A stretch of 64,000 nucleotides of DNA from an uncultured bacterium (GTDB lineage: Bacteria > Krumholzibacteriota > Krumholzibacteriia > Krumholzibacteriales > Krumholzibacteriaceae). Below the pieces are notes generated by a model that ran no database searches, was not told the origin of the DNA, and worked only from the letters and a program-made list of their open reading frames with translations. Location: assembly GCA_963813815.1 (NCBI GenBank), contig CAWFAD010000007.1:320001-384000 (forward strand). The letters run 5' to 3'. Numbering within the stretch: position 1 is the first letter of the stretch; every line of letters starts with the position of its first letter. Both the position numbers and the translations under genes were made by a program. Shown here one piece after another: positions 47,060 through 55,218 of this stretch.

Positions 47060-48263
47060 CGACGGATCCGCCGCCCGGAGCGGGACGCCGCCCGTCCTGC
47101 AGGCAACGATCGGCGCGCTCGTGTTCTGCTCGACCTTCTCGATCGCCGGAACGCAGACGGCGCTCGGCGTGTCGCTGCTGTTCTGGATAGCCCTCGTGCT
47201 CGGAGGGCGCCTCCCGGCGCCGCGCCGAACGTTTCTCGATCTTCCCGTGCTGCTTTTCGCCGCTTCGTCGCTCGCGGCGGCGCTGTGCTCCGACGAGCGG
47301 ATCGCGAGCCTCCGGGGTCTCAAGAACCTTCTGCTCGCGAGCGTGATCTATCTCCTCGCTTACGGCGTCACGACGCGCGCGGCGGCCCGGCGACTCTTTG
47401 CGGTACTCCTCGTCTCGGGGGCCGCGAGCTCGGTTTTCGGCGTCGCGGTTTTTCTGCTCGGCAGGGGGGAGGGGGCGCTCGGAAGGAGCCCCGGCACCTT
47501 TTCGACCGCGATGACCTTCGGCGGCATCCAGCTCGCGCTGTCCTCGCTCTTCGTCGCGGTGGCCGTCGGGTCCGGGCTCGGCCGCCGCGCCCGCGTCGCG
47601 GCCGCCGCGGCGGCGTGCGTTTCGCTCGCGGCCCTCTTTTTCTCGTTCACGCGAAGCTCGTGGCTCGGAATGGTCGTTTCTCTCGCCGTCATCCTCGCGC
47701 TGCTCCGGCGCCGCTGGCTCCTGCCCTTCGCGGCGGGGCTCGTTCTCTTCGCCATGCTGCTGCCGGCGCCCTACCGCGAGCGGATCGCGAGCATCTGGGA
47801 CCCCTCCTACCGGACGAACGTGCAGCGCGTCGAGCTGCTGCGGGGGGGATGGGGGATTTTCAAGGAGCACCCCGTCGTCGGCGTCGGCACGCGCGATCTC
47901 GCCGAGCTCTACCGCGCGCACATGCCGCCGGGGGCCGTCCACGTCCACGGGCACCTGCACAACGTTTTTCTCCAGATCGCCGTGCAAACGGGCGCCGTCG
48001 GCCTCGCCGCGTTCGTCTACCTCTTCGTGTCATTCTTCGTCCTCGTCGCGGGGAATCTGAAGCTCGATCTCCCGCCGCCCGAGCGCTCCTTCGCGGCCGG
48101 CTCCGTCGGCGCGCTCGCGGGATTCCTTGTGAACGGCCTGTTCGAGTGGAACTTCGGCGACGCGGAGGTCGTGACGATGCTCTACCTCGTCGTCGGAGCG
48201 AACCTCGCGCTCGCGATCCGCCGAGGCGAGGACCCGGACGGACGAGCCGCCGCGGCTCAATAA
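47049..48263 (+). CDS. O-antigen ligase/polymerase (Wzy_C) family protein
   Basis: FSFTRSSWLG, HPVVGVG, HLHNVFLQIAVQTGAVG. Confidence 0.88.
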   Translation: MFRNDGSAARSGTPPVLQATIGALVFCSTFSIAGTQTALGVSLLFWIALVLGGRLPAPRRTFLDLPVLLFAASSLAAALCSDERIASLRGLKNLLLASVIYLLAYGVTTRAAARRLFAVLLVSGAASSVFGVAVFLLGRGEGALGRSPGTFSTAMTFGGIQLALSSLFVAVAVGSGLGRRARVAAAAAACVSLAALFFSFTRSSWLGMVVSLAVILALLRRRWLLPFAAGLVLFAMLLPAPYRERIASIWDPSYRTNVQRVELLRGGWGIFKEHPVVGVGTRDLAELYRAHMPPGAVHVHGHLHNVFLQIAVQTGAVGLAAFVYLFVSFFVLVAGNLKLDLPPPERSFAAGSVGALAGFLVNGLFEWNFGDAEVVTMLYLVVGANLALAIRRGEDPDGRAAAAQ

Positions 48264-48306
48264 TCGGTTGCGGCGCCGCGCCGGCATCCGGTACAATCCC
48301 TCTCGT

Positions 48307-49194
48307 ATGACGCTCTGGCACCTTCTCGTATCGATGCGGCCCCGGCAGTGGACGAAGAACCTCGTTCTCTTCGCGGGGATCGTCTTCTCGCGGCACCTCT
48401 TCGAGCGGGATCTGCTGCTGAGGAGCTTCTACGCCTTCTGCGTTTTCTGCGTCATATCGGGCGCGGCGTATCTCCTGAACGACGTGTTCGACCGCAAGCG
48501 CGACGCCGGACATCCCGGCAAGAAAAAGCGCCCCATCGCCTCGGGGCTCCTCTCCGCCGGCGACGCGCTGCTCATGGCCGCTATCGTGATCGTCGTCTCG
48601 CTCGCCGCCGCGGCGTTGCTCGGGCGCGAGTTCTTCGCGGTGTCGGCGATCTTTGTCGCCCTCAACCTCGCGTACTCGACCTTCCTCCGCCAGGTCGTGA
48701 TTCTCGACGTGATCGCGATCTCGTTCAATTTTCTCCTGCGCGCGTGGGGGGGCGTCGCCGTGCTGCATCCGGTCCTGCCGGATCTCGCGATCAGCCCCTG
48801 GTTGCTCATCTGCACGCTCTTTCTTTCGCTCTTTCTCGCGTTCTGCAAGCGGCGGAACGAGATCGAGCATCTCGTGCGCGCGGACGAGCACCGGCTCGCC
48901 CTGAAGGACTATTCGGTGCATCTCCTCGATCAGCTCGTCGGGCTCTCGGCCACGACGGCTCTCGTGTCGTACTCGATCTACACCGTCTGGCCGGCGACGG
49001 TCGAGAAGTTCGGCACGAGCAACCTCGTGTTCACGATTCCCTTCGTCGTTTTCGGCATCATGCGGTACCTCTACATCGTGTACAGCAGGAACGAGGGGGG
49101 CGACCCGTCGGGCATCCTCCTCACCGAGAAATCGATCATCATCGACGTGTTTCTCTGGTTCCTCGCCGTCATCTTTATTCTGTGGCGTGTCTAG
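48307..49194 (+). CDS. UbiA-family polyprenyl-phosphate phosphoribosyltransferase (DPPR synthase-like)
   Basis: MRPRQWTKNL, YLLNDVFD..D..HP.KKKRPIASG, KRRNE, TIPFV.FGIMRY. Confidence 0.88.
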   Translation: MTLWHLLVSMRPRQWTKNLVLFAGIVFSRHLFERDLLLRSFYAFCVFCVISGAAYLLNDVFDRKRDAGHPGKKKRPIASGLLSAGDALLMAAIVIVVSLAAAALLGREFFAVSAIFVALNLAYSTFLRQVVILDVIAISFNFLLRAWGGVAVLHPVLPDLAISPWLLICTLFLSLFLAFCKRRNEIEHLVRADEHRLALKDYSVHLLDQLVGLSATTALVSYSIYTVWPATVEKFGTSNLVFTIPFVVFGIMRYLYIVYSRNEGGDPSGILLTEKSIIIDVFLWFLAVIFILWRV

Positions 49195-49212
49195 CGCTCG
49201 GAGGCGTTCATC

Positions 49213-50310
49213 GTGAGTTCGACCGTGGCGATCGTGCGGACGAGTCCGGCAACCGTTCTCGACGATATCGCGCGCGCGATGGACCTCGCCGGCGCGGACG
49301 CGCATCTCGCGGGCGAGCGGGAGCTCCTTCTCAAGCTCAACCTTTCGTGGACGAAGTATTTCCCGGCCTGCTCGAGCCAGCCCTGGCAGCTCGAGGGGGT
49401 CGTACGGTATCTCCTCGCGCACGGGTACCGGCCCGATCTCCTCATTCCGGTCGAGAACAAGACGGTCGTCACGAACCCCTGGAAAGGCGCCGAGAACAAC
49501 CTCTGGCTCCCCGTGCTCGAGCGATACGGCCTCGAGTTCAAGCCGCTCACCGAGGTGGAATGGACCGTGCACCGCTTCCGCGAGCCGCTGCTGCGGCTCC
49601 ACGAGATCTTTCCCGAAGGGATCGAAATCCCGGCGCTCTACGCGGGGCGGGACATTCTCCATCTCCCCACGGTCAAAACGCACGGCCATTCGACGACGAC
49701 GGGTGCCGTGAAGAACGCCTTCGGCGGCCTCCTCAAGGAGGTGCGCCACTACGCCCACAAATACATCCACGAGGTGCTCGTGGATCTTCTCATCATGCAG
49801 CGGGAGCTTCATCCGCGGGTCTTCGCCGTGATGGACGGAACGGTCTGCGGGGACGGCGCGGGTCCCCGGACGATGCGCCCCGTCGCCGGAAACGTGCTGC
49901 TCGCGAGCTCCGATTCCGTCGCGATCGACGCGGTCGCCGCCCGGATCATGGGATTCGATCCGCTGTCGATTCCGTATCTCCGCATGGCCTCCGAGCGCGG
50001 GCTCGGCGAGGCGCGGATCGACCGCATTTCGATCGCGGGCGAGGATCCCGGCAGCTTCGGTCTTCATTTCAAGGCGAAGCGGAGCCTCGTCATCTGGGGC
50101 GATCAGATGCTGCGGCTCGGGCCGCTGCGGTGTTTCGAGAGAATCGCCCTCCATTCGCCCCTCAAATGCTGGGCGCCGATGGCGTCGAACCTGTATCACG
50201 ACCTGCTCTGGTATCCGACCGTCGGCCGGACGAGGATACGGGCGTTCGAGAGGACCGACTGGGGAGCGCTCTGGAGGACGTACCGGCGCGGCGGGGCGGA
50301 GCGGCGCTAG
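49213..50310 (+). CDS. DUF362 domain-containing protein
   Basis: LKLNLSW, LPTVKTHGH..TGAVKNAFGGL, VMDG..G.GAGP, SSDSVAIDAVAARIMGFDP..IPYL. Confidence 0.8.
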   Translation: MSSTVAIVRTSPATVLDDIARAMDLAGADAHLAGERELLLKLNLSWTKYFPACSSQPWQLEGVVRYLLAHGYRPDLLIPVENKTVVTNPWKGAENNLWLPVLERYGLEFKPLTEVEWTVHRFREPLLRLHEIFPEGIEIPALYAGRDILHLPTVKTHGHSTTTGAVKNAFGGLLKEVRHYAHKYIHEVLVDLLIMQRELHPRVFAVMDGTVCGDGAGPRTMRPVAGNVLLASSDSVAIDAVAARIMGFDPLSIPYLRMASERGLGEARIDRISIAGEDPGSFGLHFKAKRSLVIWGDQMLRLGPLRCFERIALHSPLKCWAPMASNLYHDLLWYPTVGRTRIRAFERTDWGALWRTYRRGGAERR

Positions 50311-50355
50311 CGGCCGGTCCGGCCCCCGGCCGGGACGCGCCGGAGGGCGCGCGGA

Positions 50356-51222
50356 ATGATCAAGGCACTCGCCGCGGCGAAGATCAACCTCTACCTCGAC
50401 GTCATCCGCCGCCGCGAAGACGGCTACCACGACGTCGAAACCTTCTACCAGCCCGTTTCGCTCTTCGACGAGCTCACCTTCGAGAGCGCTGAGCGCGGCG
50501 TCACGGTGACGGGCGACGATCCGGCGGTTCCCTGGAACGAGGAGAATCTCTGCCATCGCGCCGCCCGGCTCGTCCTCGAGCGCGCGGGCGTCCGCGGCGG
50601 CGTGCGCATCTCGTGCCGGAAGGAGATACCGACGGGGGCGGGGCTCGGGGGGGGGAGCGCCGATGCCGCGGCCACCCTCATCGCGGTCAACCGGCTGCTC
50701 GGCGCCCGGCTCGACGCCGGGGACCTGCTCGACCTCGGCTCGCGCCTCGGGAGCGACGTGCCTTTTTTCGTCCTCGGAAGGCCGGCGATCGGGCGGGGGA
50801 GGGGGGAGATTCTCGAGGCCTCTCCGGGGCTTTCGGGGGGCTGGATACTCATCGTGAAACCACATCTATCTATTTCTACTAAATGGGCTTATGAAAATCT
50901 CAATTTACTGTTGACACGGGATGAGGGCGAGGCTACACTTGGCTCGTTCTTGGCGGATTTGCGCGCATTTCCGAATGCGGCGCTCGCGGTCCGAAACAGC
51001 TTCGAGGCGGGCGCGGCCGGGCGTTTTCCGGAGATCGCGAGGGTGCTCGCGGAGCTGAGGGAGGCGCGGCCGGTTCTCTGTTCGCTCAGCGGAAGCGGGT
51101 CGGCGTGTTTCGCCGTGTTCAGGGAGGAGAGAGAGGCGCGGGAGGCCGCGGGGCGATTCGAAGGCGAAGGCCTCTTCGCGAGAATAGCGCAGCCGATAAA
51201 CGATTCCATTCGAATGGGGTAG
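50356..51222 (+). CDS. ispE: 4-(cytidine 5'-diphospho)-2-C-methyl-D-erythritol kinase
   Basis: AKINLYLDV..DGYH, IPTGAGLGGGSADAA, GSDVPFF, SGSGSACF. Confidence 0.96.
   Translation: MIKALAAAKINLYLDVIRRREDGYHDVETFYQPVSLFDELTFESAERGVTVTGDDPAVPWNEENLCHRAARLVLERAGVRGGVRISCRKEIPTGAGLGGGSADAAATLIAVNRLLGARLDAGDLLDLGSRLGSDVPFFVLGRPAIGRGRGEILEASPGLSGGWILIVKPHLSISTKWAYENLNLLLTRDEGEATLGSFLADLRAFPNAALAVRNSFEAGAAGRFPEIARVLAELREARPVLCSLSGSGSACFAVFREEREAREAAGRFEGEGLFARIAQPINDSIRMG
50911..50939 (+). promoter_or_regulatory. intragenic sigma70 promoter within ispE
   Basis: TTGACA-17 nt-TACACT preceded by a conspicuously AT-rich tract (about 50858-50910). Confidence 0.7.
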
Positions 51223-51258
51223 GATAGAGCGGTTCGGAGGCAACTCTAGGGGGACGAC

Positions 51259-51543
51259 ATGGAAATCACGGAGATTCGGATCTCTGTCAGGAACGACAAC
51301 AAGTTGAAGGCCTTCGCGAGCATCACCCTCGACAACATGCTCGTCATCAGAGGGCTCAAGATCATCGAGGGCGCAAAGGGGCTCTTCGTCGCCATGCCGA
51401 GCCGCAGGCGCCCCGACGGGACGTTCCAGGACATCGCCCATCCGATCAGCAACGAGTCGCGGGCCTGGCTTGAGGGAAAGGTCATCAAGGCGTACCTGAG
51501 CGAAAAAGATACCATCAGCACGGAGGCGGGCGTCGAAGTCTAG
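51259..51543 (+). CDS. spoVG: SpoVG family nucleic-acid-binding regulator
   Basis: MEITEIRI, LKAFASIT, GLFVAMPSR, DIAHPI. Confidence 0.95.
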   Translation: MEITEIRISVRNDNKLKAFASITLDNMLVIRGLKIIEGAKGLFVAMPSRRRPDGTFQDIAHPISNESRAWLEGKVIKAYLSEKDTISTEAGVEV

Positions 51544-51581
51544 CGGGACGTGTAGCGCGGCGCTCCCGGGCTGCGGACGTT

Positions 51582-51655
51582 TGGGGAGTCGTCAAGCGGC
51601 AAGACACGGGACTTTGGATCCTGGATCGGAGGTTCGAATCCTCCCTCCCCAACCA
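51582..51655 (+). tRNA. tRNA-Gln(TTG)
   Basis: TGGGGAG/CTCCCCA acceptor, CGGGA-CT-TTG-GA-TCCTG, GGTTCGAATCC, CCA. Confidence 0.95.
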
Positions 51656-51668
51656 GATGGTCGATGGC

Positions 51669-51700
51669 AGGGTGACCTGAGAGGTCACCTTCCTTGTTCT
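51669..51700 (+). terminator. hairpin after tRNA-Gln (partial terminator or processing signal)
   Basis: GGTGACCT-GAG-AGGTCACC followed by TTCCTTGTTCT. Confidence 0.5.
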
Positions 51701-51717
51701 ATACGGAGGATGTTCGG

Positions 51718-52653
51718 ATGAACGACGAGCTCAAGATTCTGGCGGGAACCGCCAACCCAGAGCTGGTGAAAAAGATAGCGGAGTACCTCGGCGTCGGGCT
51801 CTGCGACCTCGAAATCGGCCGCTTCACGGACGGCGAGATCAAGGTGCGTATTCTCGACAATATCCGCGGGCGCGACGTGTTCATCATACAGCCGACCTTC
51901 GCGCCGGCCGACAATCTCATGGAGCTGCTGCTCCTCATCGACGCGTGCTCCCGCGCCTCGGCGGACCGCATCACGGCCGTCATCCCGTACTACGGCTACG
52001 CGCGGCAGGACCGCAAAGATCAGCCCCGGGTGCCGATCTCGGCGAAGCTCGTGGCGAATCTCATCACGACGGCGGGGGCCGACCGGGTGCTCGCCCTCGA
52101 GCTCCATGCCGCCCAGATCCAGGGATTTTTCGACATTCAGGTCGATAATCTTTTTGCGGCCCCGGTGCTCTTTGAATATATTCAGGGGAAAAATTTGAAG
52201 AACGTGACCGTCGTGTCCCCCGACGTCGGCGGCATCAAGATGGGGCGCGCCTTCGCCAAGCGCCTGGGGGCGAACCTGGCGATCGTGGACAAACGGCGCA
52301 CGGCGGCCGATCAGTCGGAGGTCATGAATATCATCGGAGAGGTCGAGGGAAGCGATATCATCATTCTCGACGACCTCATCAGCACGGCCGGGACGACCAC
52401 GCAGGCGGCGAAGGTTCTCAGGGATGCGGGCGCGCGGCGGATCATCGCCGCGGCGACGCACGCCGTTTTCGCGGGAGAGGTGTTCGACAGACTGCAGGGC
52501 TCTCCGATAGAGGAAGTCATCGTCACGAACTCGCTTCCCGTCGCTGTGCCGCCCCTGTGCCGGAAAATAAAGGTGCTGGACGTGTCGCCGCTTCTCGGAG
52601 AGGCGATACGCCGCATCCATACGGGAGAGTCGATCAGCAACTTGTTCGCGTAG
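51718..52653 (+). CDS. prs: ribose-phosphate pyrophosphokinase
   Basis: FTDGEI, PYYGYARQDRK, VSPDVGG, DDLISTAGT. Confidence 0.97.
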   Translation: MNDELKILAGTANPELVKKIAEYLGVGLCDLEIGRFTDGEIKVRILDNIRGRDVFIIQPTFAPADNLMELLLLIDACSRASADRITAVIPYYGYARQDRKDQPRVPISAKLVANLITTAGADRVLALELHAAQIQGFFDIQVDNLFAAPVLFEYIQGKNLKNVTVVSPDVGGIKMGRAFAKRLGANLAIVDKRRTAADQSEVMNIIGEVEGSDIIILDDLISTAGTTTQAAKVLRDAGARRIIAAATHAVFAGEVFDRLQGSPIEEVIVTNSLPVAVPPLCRKIKVLDVSPLLGEAIRRIHTGESISNLFA

Positions 52654-52667
52654 CTCCGGAGGAAAAC

Positions 52668-53423
52668 ATGAAGCATATGAATCTCAAGTCCCGCATGCGG
52701 GAGGCGGACGGCAAGGAAGCGGCGCGGAGGCTTCGCCGCACGGGAGACGTTCCGGCGATTCTGTACGGCCACAAGCGCGAGCCGATCAACCTCAGCGTGG
52801 GGCAGAAGGATCTCTGGCACATCCTGCACACCGCCACCAGCGAGCACATGATCCTCAATCTCGACATCGAGGGCGCGAGCGAGGGCACGATACTCACGCT
52901 CGTGCGCGACGTTCAGCATCACCCGGTGACGGGAAACGTGCTGCACCTCGATCTCCAGCGCATCTCCGTCGACGAGAAGCTTCACATCGGCGTGCCGCTC
53001 GAGCTCACCGGCCTCGCCGCCGGCGTCAAGGATCAGGGCGGCATCCTCGATCACGGCGTGCGCGAGGTGACGATCAACGTGAAACCGATGGAGATTCCCG
53101 AGAAGCTCTCGATCGACGTCTCGGGCCTCAGCATCGGCCAGTCGCTCCACGTCTCGGACCTCATCGCCATTTACCCCGACCTCGACTTCGTCGACGACGC
53201 GAACGTGACGATCGCGCACGTTTCAGCGCCCAAGAAGCTCGAGACGCTCGTTCCCGAACCGGGAGCCGCGCCCGAGGCGGCCGTCGCCCCCGAGGAAGGG
53301 GAAGGCGCCGAGGGAGAGGAAGCGGAAGGCGAAGGGGAAGAGGACAAGAAGAAGGAAAAGGGAAAAGAGAAAGAAAAGGGAAAAGAGAAAGAAAAGGGAA
53401 AAGAGAAGGAAAAGGGAAAATAG
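52668..53423 (+). CDS. rplY: 50S ribosomal protein L25/Ctc (long form)
   Basis: ARRLRRTGDVPAILYG, QHHPVTG.VLHLD, GVKDQGG; acidic then basic tail. Confidence 0.95.
   Translation: MKHMNLKSRMREADGKEAARRLRRTGDVPAILYGHKREPINLSVGQKDLWHILHTATSEHMILNLDIEGASEGTILTLVRDVQHHPVTGNVLHLDLQRISVDEKLHIGVPLELTGLAAGVKDQGGILDHGVREVTINVKPMEIPEKLSIDVSGLSIGQSLHVSDLIAIYPDLDFVDDANVTIAHVSAPKKLETLVPEPGAAPEAAVAPEEGEGAEGEEAEGEGEEDKKKEKGKEKEKGKEKEKGKEKEKGK
53352..53420 (+). repeat. 18-bp purine-only tandem repeat (about 3.8 copies) encoding KEKGKE
   Basis: AA(G/A)GAAAAGGGAAAAGAG repeated at 53352, 53370, 53388 and partially at 53406. Confidence 0.9.
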
Positions 53424-53429
53424 CCTTTC

Positions 53430-54014
53430 ATGGGGGATCTCTCCGTCGTTTGCGGGCTCGGGAACCCCGGGGCCCGCTACCGCGCCACGAGACACAATCT
53501 CGGTTTTCTCACGCTCGACGTCCTGTCGCGGCGCCACGGGCTCGCGTGGCGCCGCGTCGGGGGCCCCGCCCAGGAGACCCGCTGGCGCTCGGCGGGGCGG
53601 ACGGTCGTGCTCCTCAAGCCCCTCACGTTCATGAATGATTCCGGAGCTGCCGTGGCCCGCATACCCGGGCTCGACCCCGCGGAGCTCCTCGTCGTGAGCG
53701 ACGATCTCAACCTGCCGCTCGGAAGGCTGCGGTTCCGCATGGGCGGAGGGAGCGGAGGACACAACGGCCTCGCCTCGATTATCGAGCGCCTCGGGACCGA
53801 GGCGTTTCCGCGCCTGCGTCTCGGCATCGGTTCGGCTCCCGGCGGCATCGACTGGGCCGATTTCGTGCTGACGGAATTCCGCGAGGACGAGCGCGAAGCG
53901 GCGGACGCCCTCGTCGAGGAGGCCGCCGACGCCGTCGAGCTCGCCGTACGCCGGGGCCTCGGCGAGGCGATGCGGCGGCATCATCGTCCCGATGGGGCCG
54001 CCGGGGACCCTTGA
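53430..54014 (+). CDS. pth: peptidyl-tRNA hydrolase
   Basis: GLGNPG..Y..TRHNLGF, KPLTFMNDSG, GGHNGL, RLRLGIG. Confidence 0.96.
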   Translation: MGDLSVVCGLGNPGARYRATRHNLGFLTLDVLSRRHGLAWRRVGGPAQETRWRSAGRTVVLLKPLTFMNDSGAAVARIPGLDPAELLVVSDDLNLPLGRLRFRMGGGSGGHNGLASIIERLGTEAFPRLRLGIGSAPGGIDWADFVLTEFREDEREAADALVEEAADAVELAVRRGLGEAMRRHHRPDGAAGDP

Positions 54015-54039
54015 CCGGGGGCGCGCGGCGTGTTATATT
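54011..54039 (+). promoter_or_regulatory. sigma70 promoter of rpsF-rpsR-rplI
   Basis: TTGACC-17 nt-TATATT with TG extended -10; the -35 overlaps the pth stop. Confidence 0.75.
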
Positions 54040-54078
54040 GCCCCGTACCCGCGGCAGGACATCGCCTGCGTACATAAA

Positions 54079-54138
54079 TCCCTACTTTCACGGCGCCTCC
54101 CGGCCCCGATGAAAGTCGCTTTCAGTCCGAAGGGAGGA
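54079..54138 (+). promoter_or_regulatory. S6:S18 ribosomal protein leader (autogenous control RNA)
   Basis: TCCCT/AGGGA helix sequestering the SD, ACTTTCA/TGAAAGT helix, CCG in the internal loop, directly before rpsF. Confidence 0.7.
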
Positions 54139-54146
54139 GTTGCTCG

Positions 54147-54461
54147 ATGCGCACCTACGAGTGCATCTATATCCTCAATCCCGCCCTCGATGAACAAACG
54201 GTGAAGGACAAGGCCGTTCGCTACGGCGAAATCGTGACGTCGCGCCAGGGTCAGATGCAGACGCTCGACCAGTGGGGCAAACGCCGGCTCGCCTTCCCCA
54301 TCAAGAAGCAGTTCGAGGGCTACTACACGTTCATGCGTTTCGCCGGCACCGGCGAGATCCTGAAGGAGCTCAACCGCGTGTTCGGATTCGACGAGGCCGT
54401 GCTTCGCCACATGATTGTCGTCGAGGAAAAGCCGCGGCAGGCCGAGCCGCCGCGGGCATAA
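54147..54461 (+). CDS. rpsF: 30S ribosomal protein S6
   Basis: [29 protein letters not shown]. Confidence 0.97.
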   Translation: MRTYECIYILNPALDEQTVKDKAVRYGEIVTSRQGQMQTLDQWGKRRLAFPIKKQFEGYYTFMRFAGTGEILKELNRVFGFDEAVLRHMIVVEEKPRQAEPPRA

Positions 54462-54495
54462 CCCCGGATACGGGACCATTCACGGAGGACCATTC

Positions 54496-54744
54496 ATGAG
54501 GAATGAGCGGAAGAAGAAGGAAAAACGCCCGATGCCGACGAAGCCCTGCCGGTTCTGCATCGACAGGCTTCCCATCGATTACAAGGATCAGGGGTTCCTG
54601 AGCCGCTTCGTCACCGAGCGCGGCAAGATCACGCCGCGGCGCATCACGGGCACGTGCGCGTGGCATCAGCGCGTGCTGACGCGCGCGATCAAGAAGGCGC
54701 GGTTCATCGCGCTCCTTCCGTACGTCAGGGAATACTATCGCTAA
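54496..54744 (+). CDS. rpsR: 30S ribosomal protein S18 (zinc-binding form)
   Basis: [35 protein letters not shown]. Confidence 0.97.
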   Translation: MRNERKKKEKRPMPTKPCRFCIDRLPIDYKDQGFLSRFVTERGKITPRRITGTCAWHQRVLTRAIKKARFIALLPYVREYYR

Positions 54745-54756
54745 GGGGAGAGCACC

Positions 54757-55200
54757 ATGGAAGTGATCCTTACGCAAAAGGTCCAGGGCCTCGGAGAGCG
54801 CGGAGACCGCGTCCGCGTGAAGGACGGTTACGCGCGGAACTACCTCTTCCCGAAACGGCTCGCGGTTTCCTCGACGGAGAGCCAGAAACGAGTGCTCGCG
54901 GAGGAGAACAAGCTCAGCGCCTCGCGTGAGACGAAGCTCAAGCAGGCCCTCTCCGCCGTCGCCGAAAAGATGAAGGACATCTCCTGCACGCTCGTCGTGC
55001 AGGCGGGTGAGGAAGACAAGCTCTACGGCTCCGTGACGGGGCACGACATCGCCAAGGCGATCGTCGATCAGGGGTTCGCCGTCGACCACAAGATGGTCGT
55101 TCTCGACGAGCCGATCAAGAAGCTCGGCGTCTATACGGTCCCCGTCCGGCTCCACCGCGAGGTCGAAGTTCAGGTCAAGGTGTGGGTCGTGAAGGAGTGA
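54757..55200 (+). CDS. rplI: 50S ribosomal protein L9
   Basis: MEVIL..LG..G..V.VKDGYARNYL.P, KLYGSVT, PIKKLG. Confidence 0.97.
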   Translation: MEVILTQKVQGLGERGDRVRVKDGYARNYLFPKRLAVSSTESQKRVLAEENKLSASRETKLKQALSAVAEKMKDISCTLVVQAGEEDKLYGSVTGHDIAKAIVDQGFAVDHKMVVLDEPIKKLGVYTVPVRLHREVEVQVKVWVVKE

Positions 55201-55218
55201 CACCGGGGGGGCGCGGAG

